Origin: Catajapyx aquilonaris
Lineage: Eukaryota
Reading direction: 5' to 3'
NCBI GenBank assembly: GCA_000934665.2
Contig: JYFJ02001986.1
Location: 1 to 64,000, forward strand
DNA length: 64,000 nt
Positions 51,601-64,000 of this stretch are shown here, in pieces. The position numbers were made by a program, and so were the translations under genes. Positions within the stretch are counted from its first letter, which is position 1. Every line of letters begins with the position of its first letter. The notes beneath the pieces were generated by a model. It had not been told where the DNA came from. It did not search any database and saw only the letters and a list, made by a program, of their open reading frames with translations.

Positions 51601-54600
51601 AAGTTAGGCCCTTTCCCCCCTCCTCTTCTCTTGACCGCTGATTCAAAAGAACAGCAAAAGGGCCCACCCCTAGGGGAAATTCAAACCGACTTTTTTCCGG
51701 GTTCGAAACGACTCCACTTTATCCCGTTTGCTCACTGAAGAAATCCAAATTTGACCTGCACTTGGCCTCTTCCTCGACGTTTCTTCATGCTATAGTATAC
51801 AGACTGCAGGATTGTATCAGAGTCACGTAGCCAGAAATGTTTCCTGGAGTGAAAGGTGGAGGGTTTGCTTGATCCAATCAGTCACACACATCCTCCAACA
51901 TGTGCGGCCGGTATTGTGTTCCTTCATCCGTATTCAATGTCCGTTCGCGAATGACTTGTCATCATCTGACCTCACAATGCAGGTCATTGGACGCATCCAG
52001 AGAAGGCTCCTGGGAAAATATTGCAATTTACCTACGGATGGCGTCCAAGCTAATAGTAAATACGCGTTTGCTCGAATCCTTGAAAATTCTGAATGCAAAT
52101 CCAAGCTTTCTAGTGTGTGGGCAGAGGATAGTAGTCTGTGCTTACTGCTGCGGTAATGTATCTGCGGCTTGCTTGGTATTCTAATATCCCCGAAACTCAA
52201 GCGGCGAGTCCATTTCGGAGGCATTAGTCGGAGGTCTGGCTTCCACCCTTGGCCTCCTGCTTCTGACCACATACAATGACTATAAACCCCACGGAATTAC
52301 TCATAACGGCACAGCTTATACGATCCACGTTGGTCACTCATTTTTTCTTCTTATTTTTTCCACCCTAAGCCTGCGTTCCTCCTTTTTTTTTTTGGCCCTC
52401 CTACCTCTTTTTCTCTAACACCGCGCAGATTTTATTCCTTCAGTCCGGAACTGCAGAGAGGGCACTTTCAACACCACAATGACCGGGTTGAGGAGGAATA
52501 AAAGTAGATGGGGATCAGGACTAGTGGAGTGGAAATGCAGTCCAATCCCGCGGAAGGGACCACCAGCTTCCTGGCATTTTTCAGCAAAAAATTTTATTAC
52601 TGCCATACAGTCCTGATTATTTGGCACTGATGAGGCTGCTTGTCCTATTAGACTTTTAAATGACGAACGGTATATTCTACCAATGGGAATCTTCTATCAG
52701 CCACGAAGTATCCTTCTCAGGTTGCTACTACAGTGCACACAATATACAATAACTAATATGTACTGTACACACAGGCATTGCAATTCATATATTTATTACT
52801 AGCGACTGCTTTTGTTCCAATTGGATACGGGGCCTGACTGACCTGATTCTCCCAGGAGCCATACAGTATACCCTATCAAGCTAATACTCGACACAATCTG
52901 GACTTCCTCCGGTAATAACAGCTTACAACCTCGCGATACTCAAAAAGCCTGATTATTGTTGTCGCGACAGAAAAGTAAAATAAATGTTCCCGGAATACCT
53001 GGAGATCATTTAGGGTTGGTTTTGGGAAAGAGAACGTACAATCCACTTTGCAATCCGATCCCTGGAGTGCAGCAAGGGAAAGAAGGAAATGGCTGAGTAA
53101 CACAACACCAGAGCACATCGCAGTGCCAGGCACTCTGCAGTTATCCAGACACGTTGTGTGTTCGAGTAACATTGTGGAGCCCGCTGCACTCCAAGCGTGC
53201 TCTCACTGTTGAAGAGTTGAGGTTTGCCATACCGCAGATAGGTCTACTGTAGCCCACCCCCACCTTTTTTTTACGACCCTCCATAAACGAGATCGTTTCA
53301 CCCGCTACCAATCTCTTGCTGCCTTCCGTGTTTTCCACGGCCACCTTTTTGTCAGTGTTTTCCCCTGCGCGGCAAAAAGGACGTAAACTCATTTTATTTT
53401 CTATCCCGGAAAAGCCTCGGAATCAATACATTCGAATCATACGCGCCAGTTGACACTACTGTCTCAACTACACAAAACAGAATTGTCCAACATATCACCA
53501 TCATTGTTGACAGATATTGTGCCCCATCGTTTTCACTGAATCCGAGTCACCCGCAGCATAATAATGTCGCAGATGTCTACGCACTTTGAGGCGCTTCTAA
53601 GATTAGTGGCGTTCATTATCGCCATGTGCCGACCATATTTCAGACATCCCTGTTGGCGCCGAAATTAATTTGGATGGGAGGGCCAAAAGGAGCGTCGGAA
53701 AAATAGATATGGCCTGGCCGAAAAAAATGGCCCCCTTCAACGCAGCAGACCAGTAATTATTCAGGCCAGCGGAGACCACTTGAGTAATTAATGTGCTGCC
53801 GTCGCCCATTTATAAATTTTGAGGCAGAAACTCGCGCTTTTCCATATTATGCGCGCCTTACTCCCGGATAATATTTAGCAGGGGCCCCATCCGATGAGGA
53901 TCATCCCGCTCTTCCCTTTTCCTTCAGATAAAGCCAGCTCATCAACTTTTCACTTCATTCCTGCAGCGATGAATTGGCTCCAGCTTTTCCGGCCCTTTTA
54001 TTTCCGCCAGCTGCAGACGCCTACCACCCTACAAGACACCACACACTATAGGAACTATCCAGTGCCGCCATACAGAATATAATAATTATGTGAGAGGCGG
54101 CATGACGTCGCTGTTATGGTTGCATAAATATGCGGCATAACACTGTTTGCCAGTATGTCAACAGGAGGGCTTTATAAAATAACTTACACCAAGAGTTGAA
54201 AAATATTGTTAACGAGCAGGAACTTCGATGTGCTTATTTTAGTATATTAGGTTGAACTTCACTGGCCTATTATTTTCAACCATTATGCCCAGTAAATAAA
54301 GAATGCACCATGATCAGCACTAGTCAACAACAATCAAACACGATCTAGTTTCTCAACGTACCGGTATACACTAAAATAATTTTAGAAATGTGCAACTGAC
54401 GACCTAATGTACTTTACAGAATCATCTATATTTGCATACCATCCTTTTCCTGCCTTTATAAAACCTCCGGGAATGAAGCCTTCAAGTTTCATTTGACAAC
54501 TCTCAGAGCTAGGGACTTGAGCTAATCAATATTGTAATATTATGTAAATGACATAAAAGCGTCTGTGCAGCCAGCCTCAATGAAATAAACTCTCACACAG

Positions 54601-57046
54601 ATGTACAGTACACATGAAATCATCAAACTATCTGATACAACTATCAGGAATAATATATTTATAATATCAGCGTATGTATAGGAATGTAAAGGCAGGAGGT
54701 GGCCAAAAAGGAGGCCTGGATTAATGCTGTGTTATAGTGCCCTCCAAGCTGAAATGGGATTGAAAATACTGTAAACTGTTTGCAGCCGGAATTCAACCTA
54801 TGCGCCGCCACCGACTTTTGTTTTCCACGCACCATCAACTGTGGCATGGCGAGAATAGGCCCCATGTGAATGTGGCTTTAACATGTGGGGAAAGGGAGCA
54901 GCCATCCGAATAACCTCCAACTGTTCAGGACGGATTTTGGTGCCGTGTGTCTCGAATTTGCGGGGATGTGAATGCGACCTAAGACGGGATAAGTCCTATA
55001 GTATAAAAATGATATTTTAGTCGAGTACGTATGTAGATCGTTAAGGGTGAAAGGTTATTAAAATATGCCGTTATTAATATTAGATTTAACTGACACCCAT
55101 TACTTTAGAAGGTTGCATGGTGAGAGTCAATGAATCATACCAGGTGTAATGTGAGCCCATAAATAGAGCAATTTTAGCAGTGTGTTGTGCGCTTTCTTAG
55201 GCCAGTGTCCATTAACGAGTCACACACTGTTCTCTAATCCTATTAAAAATTCACACAGCCGACTAATCCCACCCTGAATGTGAATATTTCAAAGAGGAAT
55301 ATAGCCATGCAACCTTCCCCACATGTGAAGGTAAGGCTTGTGAGGCACCGTAGCCTGCAGTATACGCACAGAGAGCTTGAGCCCCTAGAACAAAATCGAT
55401 AGTTTGGCGGATAAATGGCACAATGTCAGTTTGTCTCCTCGACGTCCTCATCAAAGGGGGCCCTGCTGCGAGCCATACTCACGCCCATGCCCACACAGAC
55501 AAAGAACTCTCTCCAACACACTTAGATTCATCGGCAGCCTCCAGATAGAACGAGAGGGTCAACCCTCCCCGTTTCCCAAATTAACCTGCCCCTCCCTTCT
55601 ACCGGCCTCGTGGAGCATATTAAGCTGACACACGGGCTGTCCGACATTTTCCGGGCGCCTGCATGCAAAAGGAGAAGGTTCTCCCGTGATAAGGCGCCCT
55701 CAGTACATTATTGCCGCCTGCCTGCGGTGACCTGTCTGCTTCCCTGCCTGCCCGACCTTATTTTTGGCTCTTATGGCCACTGTTCACGTGCGATGACTCT
55801 CATCCAACTATAGCCTTACTTAAGGGCGAATCACAACTATTGTTGAGGAGGGCTTGAAACGCTTCGGAGCATTGATTTTATAGCCTGCCAAGTATCCCTG
55901 AAGACAATGATCTAGTAATTGGCAATCGATGATAGTAGGAGGATGAGTCCTAAAACCTACAACACAATCTAAAAGATTGTGGGGAGTTTTTTTTTGGGCT
56001 CTCTTCATTTCTGCAAATCCCATTTCTTGATCGCCCGCAATGTCTGACCCGATTAAGTCGTTTTTCGACTAGAAGGAGTCGCATTGTCGTAATCGCGTGG
56101 AGAGGTTCCCAATCATCCAATTTCACTCCCCCCTTATCCAGAACTTATCAACATACATGGACAAAAAAAGGGGGCAGAAAACTTTCGAAAACCATTCCTA
56201 CATTTCAGAAGAGAATAAATTGCAGTGTTCATTTGCCCCACTTATCAAAGAGCACGCAACACAAATGATTGAAGAGTAATGAAATGTCAATTTCGTCAAC
56301 ATTGGTCTTGATTATGCAGATGATAAGTGCGATGACGGACATTGTTTGGAAGTGGATCGATCGACAAGCAAATTGGGGACAGTGAGGAAGCACACTCAGA
56401 ATAGCCTTGGCCCCTTTGTTGGCGGCGGAGACTTGTGTTCCATCGCTAATAAGTGGCTAATTCAGTTTGCTAATGAGTCGACGAATAATCAGCGGGGGTT
56501 TTCAACCAAGCAGTCGGGCTTTTCTCTGCAGAGGGAAAATCCTCCCATGCTGCAGGCTGCAGAGACTCCCTTCCTGAATCATGCCTTCGCATGCAAGAGC
56601 AGGAAATTATTCGACCTCCTTCTCCAAATAGAGAAAGTAGGCATATTAGTGCCAATATTCAGACTGGAAAGACCATTTATATATTTATACGTCAAATTTA
56701 CAAAGGTGTTCCGTTCATTTTCACTGAAATTGCAACAAAAATTACCGTACTAGTTAATTATAAATATATGCCTCATTTATTAACTTTTACTGCTAGTCGG
56801 AAACAATGCGTGACCCATATGCGACCAAAGCGCAATCATTACTGCTGCGAACGTGGCACACGTTACTGGTACATTATCAGCTCAATTAATATTTAATTAC
56901 ATCACCCGACATTATAACAAATTATTAATTATTATAAACAATGAGAGTTCATCATGTAGGCATGGGTTAGGGCGTGTGGTAATGAGAGTGACCATAGTGT
57001 TCTAATTGAACGGGGTATTCAATATGGAATTATTTACTTGGGACAG

Positions 57047-57224
57047 GTTAAACAGCTTGGTACATGGACTAAGTGCCACAGGGTTCCACACAGTCAACGT
57101 CCTACTTCACTCGGCGGTCACCATACTTTTGGCCATCCTGTGCAGGAGAGACCTCCGCTTGGGGGCACAGGTCACATGGACGGCGTGTCTTCTCTTCGCC
57201 ATACATCCGGTCCACACGGAAGCC
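57047..57224 (+). CDS. TMTC1: TMTC1-like, coding exon 2
   Basis: Acceptor CAG at 57044-57046; the first G completes the Arg codon split from exon 1. Reads LNSLVHGLSATGFHTVNVLLHSAV...ACLLFAIHPVHTEA (conserved FHxVNxxLH and LFAxHPxHTEA). Donor GTAAGT at 57225, phase 0. Confidence 0.95.
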
Positions 57225-58276
57225 GTAAGTACAGATTGTGACATTCAGTAATAAATTCGAGAAAGCGATGTGACAAAATATTCAGATAATTAATAACTGA
57301 TAAACCGGTATATTTTCATAAATACCTAATTAACAATGTTATATGAATTATTTGAGTTTTTTTGCTCAAAATGATATAAAATAGGAGTGGATAAAGAAAC
57401 TCATTAATTATTATTCGTGAAACAAAACAAAACAAAACAAATTCGTGAAACAGAATTTGTAGCCGAATTTTTACCACTTCAGTTGAATTTTATCAAGCAC
57501 ACTACCTCTTGTTGTGCAGTAATACAAAAAAGGCTGATACCCACGCGAGTATTTGTTTATTCCGTACCAATATTTTCCCACTGGAAAAACTGGACCACTG
57601 ACGCCCGAAAAAAAACCCTGCAGAAATTACAGTGTTTTTTGGTGTGAAATCATTTTGCGCAGAACTTGTACAGTCCAATCCCAGGAGAACAAGTACAGTG
57701 TATGCACTTGAGAATGTGCCGTATCGGAGCACTGCAGCAGAAAAGCTCCCAAAGCCCGGCCTGTTGCAGGTTAACTAAATTCCTCTCCAACCTTCATTGC
57801 CCCAGAGCTAAATCCTCGAGGGAGAATTCGTGCATGAAACAAACCGCATGCAACCTGACTGCCTGTTCATGTGTTCTATGGAACCTGCAACAAGTTACAA
57901 GTAGGTTCTAACTGCGTTTGCTTTTCCGGCCACTACCTCCCAGCATAAACCCAGCCACTAAAATACTATGTTATCCAACTGTTTATGACATAAGTAACGG
58001 GGGAACTACACCTTTGTTTCATAAATGGGTGTATCATATTTTTAAACACCTTACCAAGAAAGCACACTCAGGCAACATTGCTCGCGTGACGTTGAATTCA
58101 AATCGGCGATAACGCGTTTGAATTTCCCTGCAGGTGCACGATCGATTGCTAAGATGTATTATACGGCTCACGCAGCGTTATCAAGTTTGGAGATAAAAGG
58201 AATACTTCATAGATGCTATTGTCCAATGGTCTTGATAAAATATGAAACTTTCTTATACATGTCTTTTCTTCTGCAG

Positions 58277-58350
58277 GTAACGGGCATCGTAGGGCGGGCT
58301 GACGTTCTGGCTGCTTTGCTCTTTCTGCTTTCCTTTCTCTCTTACCTAAG
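58277..58350 (+). CDS. TMTC1: TMTC1-like, coding exon 3 (74 bp)
   Basis: Pyrimidine tract plus CAG (tcttttcttctgcag). Reads VTGIVGRADVLAALLFLLSFLSYL(R), continuing the conserved HTEAV-x-GIVGRAD motif. Donor GTAAGG at 58351, phase 2. Confidence 0.95.
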
Positions 58351-59054
58351 GTAAGGATGTTCATACAGGTTTATATTGTGTAGCGTGTACCTTAGAACAT
58401 GTCTTGAAATATGACTTTTCGACCCCACTCTCATGAAGTAATAGGGCGAGTAAAAGTGCGAGGGTATATCACCCCAGCAGGCAATTTACGGTGGGGTCAC
58501 TGATTAACGAGTGGGGCAGTGCACATAGGAAGGAAACTCCGTGATCACGGATCATCAATTTTCCCGGCTTCCGATTGGTTGGGACAATGTGCGGCATCGT
58601 ATAAGAAGATTCAGAGGCACATGATCCCCCAAGCATGGCTGCGCTGCAATTAAAACATGGGGAGCGTGGAGAGGGGGGTCATGTAGGGATTAAAATCTGC
58701 TCTTTGCGAAAGAGGGGCAAAGTGGTCCCGGACGCCAATCGACAAATCCCGAACAAGAAGTTTATTACAGGCTGCGACCAAGTGGGACCAATTTGCCAAC
58801 TTCTCGTCATTTCACGAGTTCCTGTTTTTTGTTGTTTCTTTGCCTCCCCGCGGGGAAGCTCCCGTAATGAGGTCCTCTATGCTGCACAGATTTTGCAATG
58901 ACAAAATTTTAAATCATACAACTTCCGACCAAGTTTAAGCCACATTTAAAAACAGCCAGTAATTAAATCGCATACTAATTGCAAAAAATGAATGTGGATA
59001 AGCTATCCGTTGCAGATACGCTGTAAGGCAGTATGTTGCAATTTTATTCAATTG

Positions 59055-59139
59055 TATGGCGGTCTGCCACCCCCCTATAACGACCAAGTGTTGTATCACG
59101 GGGTAAATACAATAAAATAAAAATAAAATATATAAAATA
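59055..59139 (+). mobile_element. 5'-truncated SINE/LINE 3' tail with 9-bp TSD
   Basis: TATGGCGGTCTGCCACCCCCCTATAACG...TCACGGGGTAAA plus A-rich tail, homologous to the tail of the SINE at 23970-24338. ATTCAATTG at 59046-59054 and 59140-59148. Confidence 0.75.
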
Positions 59140-60689
59140 ATTCAATTGCAGCGTTAAAATAAATATTTAAATTGATGCAAATGGTACCTTGTGGAATATA
59201 CAGTACTGTACATACTTAACAGTATTCACCTTGTATACTTTTTGCTTCAGGTCTGCACTAACTTACACTAAGTGAGAAATATATTTGCATTTTACTGTAC
59301 TCCTTACAGTGGGTCAGTGGCCACTGTGTATAGCTAAGAGCGACTGTGAGTTGTTACTCCCCTAAATGCACATGACTGCATGTAGCTTACTGTGAAACAT
59401 TTTGGGTATTTTCCACTTTTCTGACTGATCCAGACACTTAGCTTGGGGAAATGGTCGATTTGGAACAACAGCCTTTATCTGGGTGTGGTTCGAGTCGCTC
59501 AGCTAATTTAACGGCCGCAATAAAATAAGCAAGTGAGATTGGAGACAGCCAGGCAACTTCTCACTCCTTCAGCCAGTCGTATGGTTAAATCCAACCAATC
59601 CGGTGCATTTCCGGAACAGCTGTATGACATTATTGCTCAGGAGCCACAATAAAATGATAACGAGGCACGGCATCATGGATTTACCTCTCTCTTCAGCTCG
59701 AATGACGTAGGAGTTGGAAATAAACCAGTTACTCCCCAGTGGCTGCCCTCATTCGCATTTATCCTTAATAATTGCGTTCTTAAGAAGGATACTTCAGGCC
59801 TACTGCAATTGAATCTATCTTTCGCTCAACTTTAATTTTATATTTTTAAATGCTCAGCTACTTGATAGAATGTTCTCTAATGATGTAAATTACTCATATT
59901 AGAAAGCATTTGCTCGAATTTTGTGAATATGCGATATGCTTACGCTTGGTTGACATTAAAGATCTCGCAACTCCGGGTCAGGAGGATTGGGCCACAATTT
60001 ACAAAATTTATATCAAAATTACAGGACCAGAATACGCCTCGGGGTCAGCCGGGACGGATAAAGGAGACTCTAATAAACACATCCTTTAACATAATCGCTC
60101 TTGACCTGTCACGTGCACGCATCAAAAATCTCCATTATTGTGCAGCCATTGCTCTTGATATCTGGTGAATAGCAGCAATGCTCTATGGTTGTCGGAGGAA
60201 GATACCAGTGTTTAACATGGATTCAAGTCACGACCAAGTATTATACTTCCCATTTGACATGACAGTGGCTGTTCTTATGCTGCTATTATCTGGGTCAAAG
60301 GAAGTGCGTCAATATTAGAGAGTTACGACTAAGGGAAAGATACGCCTGAACTCTCATACGCTATTATATTGTATAGCCAATTTTGTGGCTTTGACTGAAT
60401 AGTCGATATCTGTGGAAGGCGGATTTTCTACTGTGATATACCTAGGATTGTCTATTTTTAAATTCATAATGAGTTTTGGCCTGATGTGGGCTAACAAATA
60501 ATAGAAAATTATAGCATTAAGTATAATTACACCATATGCAGAAGCATTCTGCTTCCTGAATATGCTTTCACTGTAGAGTAATTATCCCAACTGAAATGGT
60601 TGTAATATAATTAACTAACACTATGTCAGAACTCTGAAATTTTAAAACAATAATCTAATATTCTGTAACATAATAATATTGTATTAGGT

Positions 60690-60901
60690 TACCCCGGGAT
60701 AGGCCTGTGACCGTTTTAATGCCTGCATTAATTCACTGACTGTACTTTTTACTGATTTTGACTGTGGGAGAATCACGAGAGAACTCATGGAAACTCTGCA
60801 TGAGAAATTCCTCTACCCAATCCGGAGATAGAACTCGGGATCTAAGTGACCTCAGAGGAAGAAGGCTGTGGTGCTAGCCACTGTACCTTTATGGCCGTCC
60901 C
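60690..60901 (-). mobile_element. Degenerate tRNA-derived SINE
   Basis: Minus strand: GGTACAGTGGCTAGCACC (A-box-like), GAGTTCTATCTCC (B-box-like), then CTCCCACAGTCAAAA. The 3' boundary is uncertain. Confidence 0.5.
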
Positions 60902-62726
60902 ATAATAATCCAATACAAAATAATTAACGTATTATAAAAAATGTGAACAAAAACTACCGTAGTTGTTGCAATCGTGTTGTAACGGTCTGCTTACACAACC
61001 GCATCTTTTTATCCACGCGCGCTTTAGAAGCACCTTCGCTGCTAGCATAAAAGGGAGCTTCTAAAGCTTGCGTGGGAAAAACAAACAAACAATAAGAGAG
61101 TGTAGTCTTGTACCACCATTTCTGTTCTCTTTTCCTCTACAAGGAAAAGCTTCACGCAGCAGGCAATATCACCATCAAAGTAGGATAGAATACACGAAGA
61201 AAGAAAAGAAATATAACAAGCTTCCGAACATAATGAGGTTGTCACTTTGCCGACGACAGGTACGTCACGAATTCGTGAGAGGTATGGAAAGAGGCCTAGT
61301 AACGTAGTCATATCGTTTCCCACCTCGTCCGCCATCTGACGTCCCCTATTATGCGATATGACAAGTGTCGATAAGATAAGCCCCGTATCTTTTTCTGTGG
61401 GGGCATAAATAATTTATGAATTCATTTACGACGAAAAAGAGGAGGAATGGTCTGCACCGAATAATCTCACGCATGTTATAACGTTCCGTGCTAAAGGAAA
61501 ACCCCACCAAAATATTTAAGTTACGTGTACTATGATATGTAACCGTGAAATTGTCGTGCGTATCAAAATATCTGATAACATTTGCGATAGGGTGAGGGAG
61601 TGGGTGCGTGTGGGACAGGATTCGACTCTTACTTTGCCCAGAGGCTTCAACGTGGAAGCCTAAGAAGATCAGTTTCCTCAGAGCCTCAGTCTTGGGACCA
61701 ATCATTCAACTCGATAGCTACTTCTTTCAAAACAGTATCTTCTTCTTGACTGAGTACAATCCGCTTCTCTCCTCTCAAAAGGGATTTGAAGTATCCGCAT
61801 TCAATTTAGGTCCCAGTTCATTATTATCACGTGACAGATTCTATCCCAAATTTCTCATGGACTCTTCGATTTCAAATCAACTGAAGCCAAGCGACATTAC
61901 TTTAACCAATGCCTGAATTCCTAACCAAACAAAGGAAATATTTTACTCTGTATGTAGGGTCCGTTAGACTGTATGGACAGATTTCACTGTATCAGTCACT
62001 AGTAATAAGATGTGTCAGCCATTTTGACATTTTTGAAATATATTATATATAAAAAAGAAAAAGAAAACCATTTTTGTTGAATACGTTGAGTGTAATGTAG
62101 GAAAGTTGAGGTGGAAGTTTCATAAGTGAAATTTCTTTTTCTCTTTGTCACTGCAGGAGTGCCTGCTGCTTTAGACATAAATAAACGTTGAATTTTATTT
62201 TGGCACTTTTTTTCGCCTCTGCAAGCAATAAATAATTTATTGCTTGAAGAGGAGAAAAAAAGGGCCAAAATACTGGCAAAATAATCTGATTTGGTCTCGT
62301 GATACCTGAAAGTGCAAGAATAAAAATGAAAAATATATTGCATTGGGTAGACCGGGAATCATCAAAAGTCTTAATTCGTTTGTAATCACCACCAGTGAGT
62401 TTTCTCTCTATAGGAGACTGTAATATCTCTACCAGATATCTGACTTGGCCAGTAGAAAGCACCATATCGCTCAAAAAGATTGAGATGATATTAAAATTTG
62501 GTTCAGTGCAAAATCGTCTCAATATTTTTGAGCAAGGTAGGACCTTTTGAGAACTAAATTAATCAATGCCAAACTAAATTTTGACCCAAATGTGATTATG
62601 ATCGTTATGCATTTCAGGTATTTAGAGTTTGCGTCCGAATCACTAGCAGCAGCCTTAATATACGATATTTTATAATGTAGTTTAAATAATTATATGACAT
62701 TATAAGGGCCTCGGATCTCTTGACAG

Positions 62727-62948
62727 GTGCCTGGAAAAATGGTGGTGTCCAGAGAAGTCCAGGTCATCCCCACTCTCGGTAATGTCGTCCGTGTTAGACG
62801 ACCCCGAAGGCTGGTGGGTTTGCCTGAAGCGCCTGTGGCCATCTCTTCTCCTGGCCACAGCTTCGATGCTGGCCAAGGAGCACGGAATCACCGTCCTGGG
62901 AGTCAATGCTCTCTGGGACATGACCACTTCTGCAAGCCTGCTCCGGAG
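62727..62948 (+). CDS. TMTC1: TMTC1-like, coding exon 4 (gene continues beyond window)
   Basis: Acceptor CAG at 62724-62726, phase-compatible with exon 3. Reads CLEKWWCPEKSRSSPLSVMSSVLDDPEGWWVCLKRLWPSLLLATASMLAKEHGITVLGVNALWDMTTSASLLR with the conserved MLxKExGITV motif. Donor AG|GTGAGA at 62949. This frame is not in the supplied ORF track. Confidence 0.9.
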
Positions 62949-64000
62949 GTGAGATCCGAGTCTCGCTATTCTCCGTCACCCTACCTCCAAATTCGAATAA
63001 GCTGGAATAACAACATTTCCTCACTCTCCGACTCGGCTCATTACCACATCCCCAACTCAACTATTTCTCCATCTCCTATTAACACAGATCCTTGCCGCAG
63101 GCACAACTATCAGTAAGTGAAAGATAATTCGGCAGAGGCACTGAGGCAGGCGAGCTACTGCACTATTCATGTCGACACTGACTGTTCTGCCTTCAGCCCT
63201 CCGAATTCACTGGGACTACTGAACTTTCTAGGGAGGTGGTACTTGCTAAGCCAGAACAAATAAGGGCAGTCAGTGTAAATATTACACAAAAGTTCAAAGT
63301 AACACTGTAGGCCCAACGCATGGGAAATAGGTGGTGGTCTTATCCATTTAAAGGGCAGTAACCTCTGGAAGAAACATTCTGTGACTGTTGCTTTCCTGGT
63401 CATTGTAACTATTTCACCTACAGTAGGCCAAGCAGTAGGCCTACTCAGTGCACCAACTGGCATATTTATTTATTCACTAATGAAGGATGTAACTAGCCGT
63501 TATTTTTATTTTATTTTCACAATCTCTCTTTCAATCGTTCCAGGGCTCTGGAAAGCAAGAAGATTGACTCAGCCACTTCTCAGTTATTGAAAAGAATCGT
63601 CATTCTCGGCCTTACCGTAAGTATATTTTGACTTTTTTTTCCTCCGTAACATTCAGTTTGTAAGCCTTCTCTGGGCCACTAATTGGAGAGAGGCGGGAAG
63701 CAGAGTTGGGCTTGCGAGAGGAGGGAAGGGGGATTCTCGGGCCAAAATGGCACCGTAATGATGGAGTTTCGCCGAAAACAGCAGTGAGAGCGGTTTCCTT
63801 GGAATTGCTTCTAGGCATTCGTCAAGGTTAGATTTTGACATACAGTATTAGTACCGATTAGTTTCATTCCAGCTTAATGACACTAACTCTCGGAATTTGT
63901 CATATTTGTGTAAGAATAACTTTCATAACTGCTATTTATACAGGCTGAATTCGCAACACACTCCTCGCGCTACTTTCCAACAATAAAGCTGCTTTACACT

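Larger units (their letters stand above)
31347..57046 (+). other. TMTC1-like intron 1 (25,700 bp, GT-AG)
   Basis: Defined by the in-frame join ...ILTF-R-LNSL... of exons 1 and 2; the conserved sequence needs no extra residues between them. Confidence 0.88.

Noticed and set aside
52876..53392. Two adjacent minus-strand ORFs vaguely like a transposase N-terminus
   Set aside because: No ordered motif series could be established by eye.
61042..61920. Possible hAT (MADE...) and pogo C-terminal remnants on the minus strand
   Set aside because: Only one short motif each; indistinguishable from chance without a search.

Overview
Animal (most likely invertebrate) nuclear genomic DNA, roughly 40% GC by eye. 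It is not prokaryotic, so nearly all of the supplied ORF track is noise. The one well-supported host gene is the 5' part of a TMTC1-like protein O-mannosyltransferase on the + strand. Four GT-AG exons join in frame (30931-31346, 57047-57224, 58277-58350, 62727-62948), the first intron is 25.7 kb, and the gene continues past the window end. The rest is intergenic or intronic DNA rich in transposon remains: a four-layer nested palindrome at 5142-7194, three copies of an 8-bp-TSD MITE, Tc1/pogo, piggyBac-like and Mutator-like MITEs, two TSD-flanked tRNA-SINEs sharing a central block and a 3' stem-loop, and frameshifted relics of a BEL/Pao gag-protease, a non-LTR reverse transcriptase and a hAT transposase. 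The most unusual pattern is a high density of TA-NNN-TA and TA-GGCC-TA motifs, often chained. In two places comparison of repeat copies shows these are 5-bp insertions at a TA, as expected for Tc1/mariner excision scars. I found no CRISPR array, rRNA, true tRNA or clearly new protein-coding system. All family assignments are by-eye motif recognition with no database search.
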